This document shows positions 24,315 through 35,884 of a stretch of 64,000 nucleotides of DNA, piece by piece. The notes under the pieces are model-generated. The model saw only the letters and a program-made list of their open reading frames with translations. It was not told where the DNA came from and did not search any database. This DNA comes from Octopus sinensis (lineage: Eukaryota): NCBI RefSeq assembly GCF_006345805.1, contig NC_043006.1, positions 71,486,001-71,550,000 on the forward strand. Direction: 5' to 3'. Position 1 is the stretch's first letter. Each line of letters starts with the position of its first letter. The translations under genes were made by a program, and so were the position numbers.

Positions 24315-24917
24315 GAAAACGAAGTCTGGTGGTTATCTGTGTTTTGCATATGTGAATTACAGGGTTTGTCATGCCCGGAGTCCAACTTTGATAGAAATAG
24401 GCATTCTTGACTGCTATTTCTATTTTTTCGGTATGCGGTCAAGCAACCTGTTTGCCTGTCCCTTTTTCTTATATACAATATATATACTGAACTTTACAGA
24501 AGTTCCTGCCGGTAATCGGCTATATTTACATACCGAATTCTACCAGTAAATAATTGGGGTTTTTTTAAAAGCCTTTATAGAAATTGTTTACTCTTATTAT
24601 TATTATTATATATATATATAATATATACGAAAACGAAGTCTGGTGGTTATCTGTGTTTTGCATATGTGAATTACAGGGTTTGTCATGCCCGGAGTCCAAC
24701 TTTGATAGAAATAGGCATTCTTGACTGCTATTTCTATTTTTTCGGTATGCGGTCAAGCAACCTGTTTGCCTGTCCCTTTTTCTTATATACAATATATATA
24801 CTGAACTTTACAGAAGTTCCTGCCGGTAATCGGCTATATTTACATACCGAATTCTACCAGTAAATAATTGGGGTTTTTTTAAAAGCCTTTATAGAAATTG
24901 TTTACTCTTATTATTAT

Positions 24918-24920
<3 letters not shown>
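24314..24920. repeat. Tandem duplication, period 314 bp, flanked by (TA)n
   Basis: 'cgaaaacgaagtc...ttactcttattatt' starts at 24314 and 24628 and looks identical by eye; the ORF track shows the same peptide at 24352 and 24666. Confidence 0.95.
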
Positions 24921-24950
<30 letters not shown>

Positions 24951-25051
24951 TATATATAAATATGGAGCCTGGTGCAACCATCTGGTTCACCAGTCCTCAG
25001 TCAAATCGTCTAACCCACGCTAGCATGGAAAGCAGACGTTAAATGATGATG

Positions 25052-25086
<35 letters not shown>

Positions 25087-25090
<4 letters not shown>

Positions 25091-25635
25091 GAAAGTCAAA
25101 ATTATCTGCACTTTCACCATATCATATCTTTATTATTGTCACACTGCCTTCTGCAAATGTGTGTTTATAATTGGTACTATTGTGGTCATGTGATTGAAAT
25201 TTGAGCCTGATTGCACCATTTTTCTTTCTGGCTTTACAATGTAAGCATGGCCACTCTACTAGCAACATGCACCAAAGAAGAACAAAGTGCAGTGATCCAA
25301 TTTTTCGTGTCAGGTGCTGAAATTCATTGGAGGCTTTTAGCACAATACAAGGACAGTGCACTACTACATAGAAACGTGTATGTGTGGATCAAGAGGTTTA
25401 AAAGTGGCCGGACAAGCATGACATCTCTTGGATCACTGCACTTTGTTGTTCTTTGATGCACATTGCTAGTGGAGCAGCTACACTGTAAAGCCAGAAAGAA
25501 AATTGACATGATCAGGCTCAAAATTCAATCACATGACCACAATAGTACCAACTAAAAGCACACATGCACAGAAGGCAGAGTAGCAATAATAAAGATATGT
25601 TATGGCAAAAGTGCGGATAATTTTTGAATTCCCCT

Positions 25636-25637
<2 letters not shown>
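25087..25637. mobile_element. Mariner-derived foldback element (~210-bp inverted arms) retaining the transposase N-terminus
   Basis: Arms 25087-25300 and 25428-25637 are inverted; 'TKEEQSAVIQFF..SGAEIHWRLLAQY..VYVWIKRFKSGRTS' resembles the mariner N-terminal HTH. Confidence 0.85.
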
Positions 25638-25729
<92 letters not shown>

Positions 25730-26220
25730 CACAGTCACACAACAGTCTCTATAAGAGGGGAAAATCGATTTGGAAATTTCAATGAAAATGTGTGTGTGTG
25801 TGTGTGTGTGTGTGAACACATGTTCACATTTCGCAAATTAAAATTCAAGGATGCAGGAAGGCTAAAAGAAATTTCCCAAAATCCAGCTCGGATGACTACT
25901 ATTTAATAAGAAAACACTTGAAATTTTAGAACCTACTTAAAAAGTTACATCTTACTAACAACTAATAAAGAAGGGTGTGAACATAACACTTCAAATATAA
26001 TTTCTTTATAAACTTACACAGTTCCCCACCGCCTCTTAAGTTTTGCAATGTCTCGGTGTTAAATATAAAACTTAAACGTTTTATAGTCTCATTCTCTCTC
26101 CCTAAACATACATGTAAATTGTTGTAAAAAGTTCAAAGAAATACCACAAAGTATGTTGTCTGACACTAACAACTCTACCAATCACCTACCCTGCTGTAAT
26201 ATTGATGATAAATCATCTCT

Positions 26221-26445
26221 AAGGTGGCGAGCGGGCAGAATCATTAGCACACCAGGTGAAAGGCTTAGCCATATTTCGTCTGCCCCTACATTCTGAGTTT
26301 AAATTCTGCTGAGGTCAACTTTGCCTTTCATCCTTTCGGGGTCGATAAATTAAGTACCAGTTGAGTACTGGGGATCGATGCGATCAACTACCCCCTCCCT
26401 CAAATTTCAGGCCTTGTGTCTAAAGTAGGAAAGATTAATAATAAT
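26221..26445 (+). mobile_element. Nin-type SINE, full length
   Basis: 'aaggtggcgagcgggcagaatcattagcacacc' through 'aggaaagattaataataat'. Confidence 0.85.
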
Positions 26446-26629
26446 CCTTTCTACTATAGGAACAAGGCCTGAAATTCCAAGGGAGGAGGCTAGTTGGTTA
26501 CATCAACTCCAGTGCTCAACTAGTACTTATTTTATCAACCCCAAGAGTCACCCTCTAAATGTAAAGCCAAGAGAAATGCTGTGAAGCACTTTGTCCAGCA
26601 TGCAAACAATTCTGCCATTTGCCTGACTC

Positions 26630-26688
26630 CCATACCATACGACAATTCTTGGTGACTGAGTGTCACCAAAAATTGTCAAATGGTATGG
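26630..26688. repeat. Isolated 59-bp hairpin (27-bp stem, 5-nt loop)
   Basis: 'ccataccatacgacaattcttggtgac-tgagt-gtcaccaaaaattgtcaaatggtatgg'; 24 of 27 positions complementary. Confidence 0.85.
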
Positions 26689-27278
26689 ATGACAATGATG
26701 GGAGGCAGAGGAAGATTAGAGTAATGTGAAAACAAGATCAACCCATTGATGATAATGATGATTACAATAACTACTACTCAAGGTGCAGACAAAGCTATGT
26801 GGTTAAGAAGTTTCCTTCCCAACCACATGGTTTCAGGTTCAGTCTCACTACATGGCACCTTGGGCAAGTCTTCTACTGTTGCCCAGATTAATCAAAACCT
26901 TGTGAGTGATTTGTTAGATGGAAAGTGAAAGACATCCATCATGTATATGTGTGTGGCTCTAATATTCTACAAAAACACATCTAGCTTACTCAGAAACAAG
27001 GGTACATGACAGTAGAAAATTTGCCACAATAAACTCAGTTCAACCCAAGCCAGCAAGTGGACATTGAAATGAGGAGGAGAATGTGTGGTAGAATCAGTGG
27101 AGCAGCAGACCAAATCATTTCAGTCAACTAAACCAAATACCTTCAGGTATTTCATTTAGTTGACTTTCCTTGCCTTTCCTTCTTCCAGGTAGTGCAAACA
27201 TCATGGCCATCATCTACTTCATAGATCCAGTAAAAAAAAATAATAAAATACTCTACTACTACTACTACTACTACTAAT

Positions 27279-27433
27279 TAGCATATTTACTTGTGTGTAA
27301 GTTGCAACCCTAATTTGGCCTTAAATCATGGTACAAAATTTTTTTCCTTTCATATCATGCTTGTTTCACATCCCAGTTTTTCAGTTAAAATCAAATATGA
27401 AATAGTGAAACTAATACACAAGAAAATACGGTA
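27279..27433. mobile_element. Small MITE with imperfect ~28-bp TIRs
   Basis: Left 'tagcatatttacttgtgtgtaagttgca' versus reverse complement of right 'taccgtattttcttgtgtattagtttca'; same TIR style as 15487-15635. Confidence 0.55.
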
Positions 27434-28142
27434 TTTAATTTCTCAGTTATGAGATTTTATATCAAAGAATTCTAACTTTTAAGATTGATCCTCTCTATAC
27501 AGTTGTTTTATCTCCTAAAACTAATTTTGATATTTCCCTCAAATCCCTGTACTATTTTAGAAAAGGACACATTCAACAATATAGTCCTTGATGTACAAAA
27601 ATGACAGAGAGATGGTCACAACTGGAATGCCTTTAATCAAAACTTACCTGAGGTTAAACACTTAAAATTTTAATACTAAATTGCAGACAGGTAATCTTAT
27701 GTCTAAATATATTTTATGGCAATTTTACATTTACATATTTTCACGAACTCTCTAATCCTTCTCTTCTCAAATTTCAAGATGTGACTCACAAAAAAGATGT
27801 TTTTGAGAAGAAAGTACTCTTTCCTAACATATAATCTTGATACTCTTTAACCATTTGTTAGAAACTATTATTAGACACCATTCCAAGAGATTCCAGCACC
27901 ATCCAGTGCTAATATTATACGTATCTCTTCTTTACTGACCACATACTAGCTGCAATCTAACACCCAGCTTCTTGATCCGGTGCCAATTTTGAAAGCATTG
28001 GTATCATGTGTGTATATACATATATGCACAAACACCCCCACACACAGATATATACACATGTACGCAGGTATGTGTGTGCATATGTGTGTATACACCACAC
28101 ATATGCTTTTTAAATACAATTCTGTCCTATATTATTCATGAT

Positions 28143-28231
<89 letters not shown>

Positions 28232-28619
28232 TAAGAATAAAAGAAATTATTACTACTATTATTATTGTCATGAATTGGTAGGATTGTTAGAGAATCAAAT
28301 AAAAATGCCTTGCTTATCCCGGTGTTTTACATTCCAAGTTCAAATCCCACTGAAGTCAACTTTGCCTACTATTCTCCCAAGGTCAAACAGCTAGCAGAAT
28401 CATCAGCACAACAGACAAAGTGCTTAGTAGCATTTCCCCCAACTCTTTACGCCCTGAGTTCAAATTCCACCAAGGTTGACTATGCCTTTCATCCATCCTT
28501 CAAAGGTATCGATAAAGTACTATTCAACTACTGGGGTCAATTTAACCACCTAACCCACTTCCAGTTAAATTTCTGGACTTATGCTTTAATATTGTCTGGG
28601 GAGAATCATACTGTCTTAA

Positions 28620-28935
28620 TATCGTCCATGCAAGCATAGGTTAGACAGCTTGACTGAGGACTGGCAAGCCAGGAGGCTGCACCAGGCTCCAATTTGGTCT
28701 GGAAATGTTTCTACAGCTGGATGCCCTTCCTAATGCCAACCACTCCAAGAATGTAATGGGTGCTTTTAATGTGCCACTAGCACAGGGGCCAGTTAGGTTC
28801 GGCCTGGCATCAATCACGTTTGGATAGTGGTTTTTATGTACCACCAGCACGGAAGCCAATCGGGGGTACTGGCATCGGCCACGTTCACATGGTGCTTTTT
28901 ATGTGCCACCGGCACAGGAGCCAGTCAGGCAGTCC
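28620..28935 (-). mobile_element. RTE LINE 3'-UTR fragment
   Basis: Matches the 3' end of the RTE at 34095-34470 ('ctacagctggatgcccttcctaa', 'gtgctttttatgtgccacc'). Confidence 0.85.
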
Positions 28936-29346
28936 TATATTTTCTTTTCCAAAATTTTTGTTGCTTCTGCAACCTTGACAATGGATGTTGGCTTTGTCTG
29001 TTATCAGAGCTGTGTTCCTTTTGGCTGTTTTGTGCACATGTGTGTGCACCAGCGTGCATGTGTTAATACCGTTTTCTGAATTAAAAATCAAGCCAAGGTC
29101 AACTTTGCCATTTATTCTGAGTCGATAAAATAAAACACCAGCCAATTACTGGAGATAATGGTACCACATAAGACCCACCACATACAGAAATGTCAAGCCT
29201 TGTGCCTATATTAGAAACAATTACTATTGTTATTATTATTTTCTGGGCAGTGAAGCAATATAATTGAAAGAGTATTAGAGAAAATGGCTTACAGTGTTTC
29301 ATTACAGCTTTTCACATTCAAATCACACAATAGGTAAATTAATACC

Positions 29347-29743
29347 AGGCGTAGGAGCTGCTGTGTGGTAAGTAGCTTGCTTACAAACCACATGGTTCCG
29401 GGTTCAGTCCCACAGCATGGCACCTTGGGCAAGTGTCTTCTACTATAGCCTTGGGCCAACCAAAGCCTTGTGAGTGGATTTAGTAGACGGAAACTGAAAG
29501 AAGCCTGTCGTATATGTGTGTGTGTGTGTGTGTGTGTATGTTTGTGTCTGTACTTGTCCCCCAACATCACTTGACAACTGATGCTGATGTGTTTATGTCC
29601 CCATAACTTAGCAGTTTGGCAAAAGAGACCGATAGAATAAGTACTAGGCTTATAAAGAATAAGTTCTGGGGTAGATTTGCTCGACTAAAAGTGGTGCTCC
29701 AGCATGGCCACAGTTATATGACTGAACCAAGTAAGTAAATAAA
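29347..29743 (+). mobile_element. SINE family 1, full length
   Basis: 'ggcgtaggagctgctgtgtggtaag...ggttcagtccc...accttgggcaagtgtc...(TG)n...gactgaaccaagtaa'. Confidence 0.9.
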
Positions 29744-29799
29744 GGAAGTCAAATACTGGAGCTGATCAAGCAGACTGTACGCTCAACTAATTTTGGGTT

Positions 29800-30730
29800 T
29801 CAGGTGGCAAACTGGCAGAATCATTAGCACACCAGGCCAAATGCTTGGTGAAGTTTCATTCGTCTTTATATCTGGAGTTCAAATTCCGCTGTGATTGACT
29901 TTGCCTTTCATACTTTTGTGGGTTGATGAAACAAATACCAATTGAGCACAGGGGTTGATGTAATTGACTAGCACCATCCCCTGAAATTCCAGGCCTTGTT
30001 TCTAGTAGCAAGGATTATTATTTGGCAGAATTTTTAGCACATTGGACAAAAAGGATTTGTGGAACTCTTTATGGTCCAAGTTCAAATTCCACTGATGGAA
30101 TTCAGGGTTGATAAAATGAGTATCAGTTAAGCACTGGGATTGATGTAATTGACTACGCTCAGCATCACCAACATATTTCAGGCCTTGTGCTTATAGCAGA
30201 AAGGCCTATTATTATTATTATTATTATTATTATCATTATTATAATTACGGTGAGCTGACAGAATCGTTAGCACGCTGAGTGAAATGCTTAGCAGTATTTT
30301 GTCTGCTGCTATGTTCTGAGTTCAAATTCTGCCACGGTCAATATTGCTTTTCATCCATTCGGGGTCAATAAATTAAGTACCAGTGAAACACTGGGATCAA
30401 TGTAATCGACTAGTCCCCTCTCCCCACAAATTTCAAGCCTTGTGCCCTATAGTTGAAAGGATTATTATTATTAAGGCAATAAGTTGGTAGAATTGATAGC
30501 ACACCAAGCAAAATGCTTAGCGGTATTTCATCTGCTGCTACATTCTGAGTTCAAATTCCACCGAGGTCAACTTTGCCTTTCATCTTTTTGGGGTCAATAA
30601 ATTAAGTACCAGTTGAACACTGGGGTCAATAAATTAAGTACCAGTTGAACACTGGGATCAATGTAATTGACACATCCCCTCCCCCAAAATAGCTGCCCTT
30701 GTGGAAAAATTTGAAACCATTATTATTATT
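29800..30730 (+). mobile_element. Head-to-tail array of 4 Nin-type SINEs
   Basis: Heads near 29800, 30025, 30247 and 30473 with (ATT)n spacers; the last copy has an internal 32-bp duplication (~30590-30653). Confidence 0.85.
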
Positions 30731-31471
30731 TGCATAAAAGTACTGAATTACTCCAAAACGCAAAAATATTTCATCACATATTTATGTAATGCTGAACGCA
30801 AACTGGTTTGTTAGGAGTGTAAAGATAATGTAATCATCATTACACATATCTTACAGCTGCCGATACTATTAAAGCCGGGATTACACAGGTGAACCATTAT
30901 GCTGCATAACATTTAACCAGTCAGCCACACCTGAGTAGAAAAATTACTTTCTTGGCTATTTTATTTTCCATGCCAGCTACAAACAGCAGTCAAGATCAGT
31001 CTGTTGGATTCGATGAAAGGATTTCATTTTCTTTGAAGCAACTGGGTTATTTTTCACTCTAGTGATTAAGTACACAAACACACACACACACATTGAGTAC
31101 CAATAGCCCAGGTGTGCACACAAACGCAGATTACTACTAACACACTGTACTTGCTTTTCTGTCTTCCTTCAGTGCACAGACTGTCTTAATATGGGGTCCC
31201 CACCACCACAAAACTGGATAACTCATTAATTAAGGGCTAAGAGAAAAAGGGCATCAGAAAATGTTCTGGTGATATCATTTAACATACTAAAATAATATGT
31301 ATTTTATGGTGAGGCATCCTTTTGTTGTTGCCCTCAGTTTGTACACTCAGAGTAGCAACGGAAGAAAACTTCAGTAGCAAATAAACTCTGTAGCATGTAC
31401 TAACAAATATTTCTCTTGTTTGTAAATTCAAACATTTTATTTGTAAAAGTGAAGGGATGGGCTGTATGCAT

Positions 31472-31832
31472 AAGCACAGATGTGGCCGTGGGGACTAAGA
31501 ACCTTGCTTCCTATCCACATGGTTCTGAGTTCAGTCTCACGATAGACCCGAGCCAACCAAAACCTTGAGAGTGAATTTGGTAGATGAAACTGAAAGTAGC
31601 CTATCACATGTGTGTGTGTGTGTGTGCTTGTATATGTCTTTGTGTTTGTCCCCACCACCACTTGATACCAGTGTTGGGGTTTTTTATGTCCTTGTAACTT
31701 AGCAGTTTGCAAAAAAGACACTGATAGAATAAGTATCAGGTTTAAAAAGAAAAATTACTGGGGTCAATTTGTTCAACTAAATTCCTCAAGGCAGCAACCC
31801 AGCATGGCTACAGCCCAATAGCTGAAACAAGA
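31472..31832 (+). mobile_element. SINE family 1 (internally deleted)
   Basis: Head 'gcacagatgtggccgtgggg...ggttctgagttcagtc' and tail 'cagcatggctacagcccaatagctgaaacaag'. Confidence 0.8.
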
Positions 31833-31859
31833 GCACACGCACACACACACACAAGGCCC

Positions 31860-32800
31860 AGTCCTTGTGGTATAGTGACCTGTGTGCTTCAATGACACAA
31901 GATTTCTACTAGCAAAGCACAAGCTCCTGGTAGAGCCTCCCATTCCAGACAGGTCAAAGAACAGAGGCCAGACTAATATGGACCATCTCTTCCTAGAGGT
32001 AAAAAGGAGTTTGCATAGAGCAGGGGTGGGAAAACCTCTGTCTGCAGGCATCCATGAGCACATTCTATTGCACCCACAGGCCAATATACTCGTATGTACA
32101 AAATATAATAAATTTTTCAATTATACAATTTATACAATATTTATATGTTTATTTGTGACACAGGTTGCATTTCCACTACAACTTAAAACAGTTAGACTCG
32201 AACCGAAATTGTTCCATTTGAATGGGAATTTTGTTTTCACTAAAAAACCTATATTGTTAGGTTTGTACCACACCCTTGAGACCCAACTACACTCTAGCTG
32301 AAAAATATAGAATACCACATAGGTAATATAAACGTCCTAAATTCAGTGGCAGCATTAATGAAGATGTTACGCATTAATTTAATGTGTTAAACTTATCTTT
32401 ATTAATGTATATCAAATTAGATATATATATATATATATACAAGATTGACACAGATATAAGAGTTAGAACTTGTGGTCCGTCTGCAGAGCTTTTTCATTGG
32501 AAATTTTTGCCCACCACACTAAAAAGTTTTCCCAGCCCTGGCATAGAGCCAACCTCCCCTCCCCACCTAAAATGAAAAAGCAAAGTTACAGAAGAAGTGA
32601 TGACAATTCAAAACCAACAAGACCTGGGAGAGGAAGGCCTTCCCTCAGGGAAACATGACATGGTGCAGCAAAATAAGCAGAACTGAAAAAAAAACAAAAA
32701 AACAGTGATCCAACCAGAGAGGAGAAAAGACAGCCAGATTTGAGAACAGTGGAGGGAAGTTGTAGATGGCCTATGCTTCATAAGTAAAGAGCTTAAGTAA
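31860..32800 (+). mobile_element. Short RTE derivative (5'-UTR-like part joined to ORF2 C-terminus), interrupted by a hAT MITE
   Basis: 'aagctcctggtagagcctcccattccagacaggtcaaag..ggccagactaa' resembles RTE 5' UTRs as I recall them; 32615-32800 translates 'RPGRGRPSLRET*...EQWREVVDGLCFISKELK*'. Confidence 0.6.
32021..32540. mobile_element. hAT (Charlie-like) MITE with 8-bp TSD
   Basis: TIRs CAGGGGTGGGAAAAC...GTTTTCCCAGCCCTG; perfect TSD GCATAGAG at 32013-32020 and 32541-32548. Confidence 0.92.
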
Positions 32801-32928
32801 TACACACATAACCAAATCACAGTACTGCGGGATCTGTAGTATGTTATACAGAGCTCATATGCATTAAAACAACTTTTTTTCTTTATTTGCAAAATAAACT
32901 AACTTAAAAGTTCCATTTCTTACAAAAA

Positions 32929-33600
32929 TTAAAAACTCCTTAATTCATTTTTAATACTTTTCAGTTTTGAAAGTAAATGTTCTTAACTGCAATTTAGTAA
33001 CCATGCATAACAGATGTGAAACATATTTTCAACATTCAGAAAACAAGGAACCAAAGAATTATCAGTTATCAAACAACAAAGCTGAAACTCTATCAGGTCT
33101 TGTCTGGCACCAATATAAGGAGAAAGATCAGTTTTAAACAGTTCTGTCAACTGCACAAATTCTTCACAAGACTTTGGAGATTTTCTGGATATAACGAGAT
33201 TTGATGATGTCTTTACAATCTCCTCTGCTGTAAATAACTGCAACTAATGAAGAAATACAATTACATCATTCATCTTTTGATAAGCTTTCTGATGTTTGGA
33301 CAGAGCAGAAAGTAATTTTAGTAACAATGGCAAGAAATGTTCAGTTTTTAAACTTGTGGAAAGATGCTAAAGATTCAACAAGTAAACCAAGATTACAGGA
33401 ACCAGTGACATCATCAAATTCAGGATTTTGCATTAAGTTTGTTATTGATAGTTTCCTTGGTATTAAACTCAATGGCTGAAAAAGAAGACCACATAGCTTC
33501 TAAATAGCCATGCAAGAATTCACAATATTATGGTCTTCCATACCTGAAGTTTCTACAAATTTTTCGACTGATCCAGATGTCAAAATATAACCCATAAAGT
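32929..33600 (-). pseudogene. hAT transposase C-terminal fragment (dimerisation domain), with stops and frameshifts
   Basis: Minus-strand translation 'LHGYLEAMW..KLLSALSKHQKAYQKMNDVIVFLH*LQLFTAEEI...CFLNVENMFHIC..NCS*EHLLSKLKSIKNELRS' aligns by eye with the hAT motif 'FPNV..NCSGERSFSKLK.IKN.LRS'. Confidence 0.8.
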
Positions 33601-34094
33601 CAGCTAATCAGACACATCCAGAGTAGAATCCAATAAAACAGAATAATACAGTGTTCATCATCACCATCATCAACAGTTGATGTCTGCTTTCCATGCTGGC
33701 ATGGGTTGGATGGCTTAACAAGAATTGACAAGGTCAGGTTCCATAGTTTTTTTGGGTTTTTTTGGCTTGGTTTCTATGGCTGGACGCCCTTCCTTAGAAA
33801 CCAAACCAAAACAGACAATGGAACCTAGTGCACAAGATGCTGGACGAATTCATTACAATTTCTTGAAGATGTTCTTTACATAAGCTTGAACAAATATTTT
33901 ATAGCCTCTCCTCAAAAAAGATCAAACTCAGTCTGTAATTCTAACAACCCACAAAATACAGTTCTATATTTAAGAGATGAGGAATTATGTACATTATTTA
34001 CACTTGACGGATATTTGTCCTCTGTGGTGTAATGGTTAAGCGCGCAGGCTACTAACCCCAAGATTCTGAGTTCAATTCCAAGCAGTGATCTGAA

Positions 34095-35789
34095 TCATCA
34101 TCATCATCGTTTAACGTCCGCTTTCCATGCTAGCATGGGTTGGACAGTTCGACTGGGATCTGGGAAACCAAGAGGCTGCACCAGGCTCCAGTCTGATCTG
34201 GCAGTGTTTCTACAGCTGGATGCCCTTCCTAACACCAACCTCTCTGTGAGTGTAGTGGGTGTAGTGGGGCCAGTCAAGGCGGCGCTGGCATTGGCAAAAT
34301 TCGGATGGTGCTTTTTATGTGCCACCAGCACGGGCATCACAACTACAATTTCCATTTGATTTTCATTTTGATGTGATGTTCTTGACACAATAGGTCTTCT
34401 CAAGCACAGCAGGTCACCCTATGATCCAAGGTACTTTTGAATGGGCTAGGGCTGGTTATATGAAACTGGTGTGTGATGGAATCTGTTTTCTGAGCATCTG
34501 TGGTGTTTATTGCTCCTGTGCATCTGCCGCACACGAAAGCTATCTTCTCGGTTAATCTTCCTTTGATGTTGCTGCACCTCTTATGTTTCCATAGCTTACA
34601 CTGGGTACATCTTATGGAGTTTCTACCGACACCTTTTCTACAGATCGAGCAGGGCCACCTACCTGAAGGGGTGTGTGATGTGTTCGCCTTCCTACTCACT
34701 AGAACTTTGGTCTTTGGAACATTGACTCTAAGGCCTTTTGATTCTAAACCTTGCTTCAACACCTGAAATTTCTTCTCTAGTTCTGGTAGTGATTCTACTA
34801 TGAGAGCCAGGTCATCAGCATAGAGGAGCTCCCAAGGGTAACCCGTCTTGAATTCCTCTGTTATTGCCTGGAGGACTATGATGAATAAAAGGGTACTGAG
34901 AGCTGATCCTTGGTGGATCCCTACTTCTACCCGGAATTCTTCACTATATTCATTGTCAATCCTAACCTTACTAACGGCCTCTCTGTATAAGACCTGTACA
35001 GCCCTTATTAACCATTCGTCAATCTCCAGTTTCTGCATCGCCCACCAGATAAGGGATCGGGTGACCCTGTCAAAGGCTTTCTCCAAGTTCACAAAAGCTA
35101 AGTATAAGGGTTTATCTTTAGTTAAGTATTTCTTCTGCAGTTGCCATACTAGGAATATAGCAACAGTGGTGCTTCTACCTGGCACAAAACCAAACTGCAT
35201 CTCATCTAAGCAGACTCTCCTTAATGAGATGGACTATAACCCTCTCCATGACCTTCATCACCGGGTCCAGCAGTTTGATACCCCTGTAGTTATTTTTATC
35301 TAAAGCATCACCTTTACCCTTGTAGCAGTTGACTGTGGTGCTGCTACGCTAGTCATTGGGTATGACTCCATCATGAACTACCTGGTTTACAATGCAGGTG
35401 ACTAGGCCATAGCCCACACCACCAGATGTTTTAAGCATCTCAGCAGTAATTCCTGATGGGCCAGGGGCTTTTCCTGGTTTCATACCCTTAATTGCTTTAT
35501 CTACCAGGGAGCTGTCTATTCTGATAGCTGGTCCCTCTACTGGGTCAACATTTGGCAGGCTCTCCTCCTCCCATTCATTCTCCACATTCAGCAGTCTTTC
35601 ATAATGGCTTCGCCAAGCTTCTTTCTTTTCCGAATCATTAAAAGCAAGTGCACCATCATTCATGAGGATACTTTTCTCTCTTGTGACATCACCATTTTCT
35701 CTCACACACTGTCTTGCAATCCGAAATACCTCATGTTGCTGGACATTGGCAAACTTCTTTTCTGCTTTGCCCTTGGCTATGTATACCTG
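34095..35789 (-). mobile_element. 5'-truncated, internally deleted RTE-clade LINE
   Basis: RT-coding remnants at 34400-35789, 3' UTR at 34095-34470 and (ATG)n tail. Confidence 0.95.
34400..35200 (-). pseudogene. RTE ORF2 reverse transcriptase fragment followed by a PHD-like zinc finger
   Basis: RT motifs 'QFGFVPGRST', 'AFVNLEKAFDRV', 'GIHQGSALS' and 'YADD' (34811-34822); C4HC3 pattern at 34520-34651. The upstream frame 35349-35789 ('KGMKPGKAPGPSGITAEMLK') ends in a premature stop. Confidence 0.93.
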
Positions 35790-35838
35790 CATTGAAAAAT
35801 ACCTTAGGAATGGGAACCCAGGTTCGAAATTTCTCCAA

Positions 35839-35884
35839 GTCACCTGATGAAGGCTGGAGGGTATATCAGCTGAAACATTGTGTT
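35839..35884 (+). ncRNA. Minimal hammerhead motif (copy C)
   Basis: GTCAC-CTGATGA-A-GGCTG-gagggtatat-CAGCT-GAAA-CATT-GTGTT. Confidence 0.65.

Noticed and set aside
27760-27990. Third R4/Dong-like C-terminal remnant (minus strand)
   Set aside because: Similarity ('SLGMVS', 'KNIFFVSHIL') is suggestive but too weak to support.
30855-30930. 76-nt minus-strand exon candidate with good AG and GTAAGA sites
   Set aside because: All three frames contain stops and no partner exons were found; at most a non-coding exon.
31900-32020. HDV-like ribozyme in the RTE-like leader
   Set aside because: RTE 5' ends can carry HDV-like ribozymes and a 'CTAA' motif is present, but I could not build P1/P3/L3 pairings by hand.
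35349-35843. 164-aa ORF as a real fusion protein
   Set aside because: The first ~18 codons are antisense hammerhead-SINE sequence read across the insertion junction into truncated RTE ORF2.
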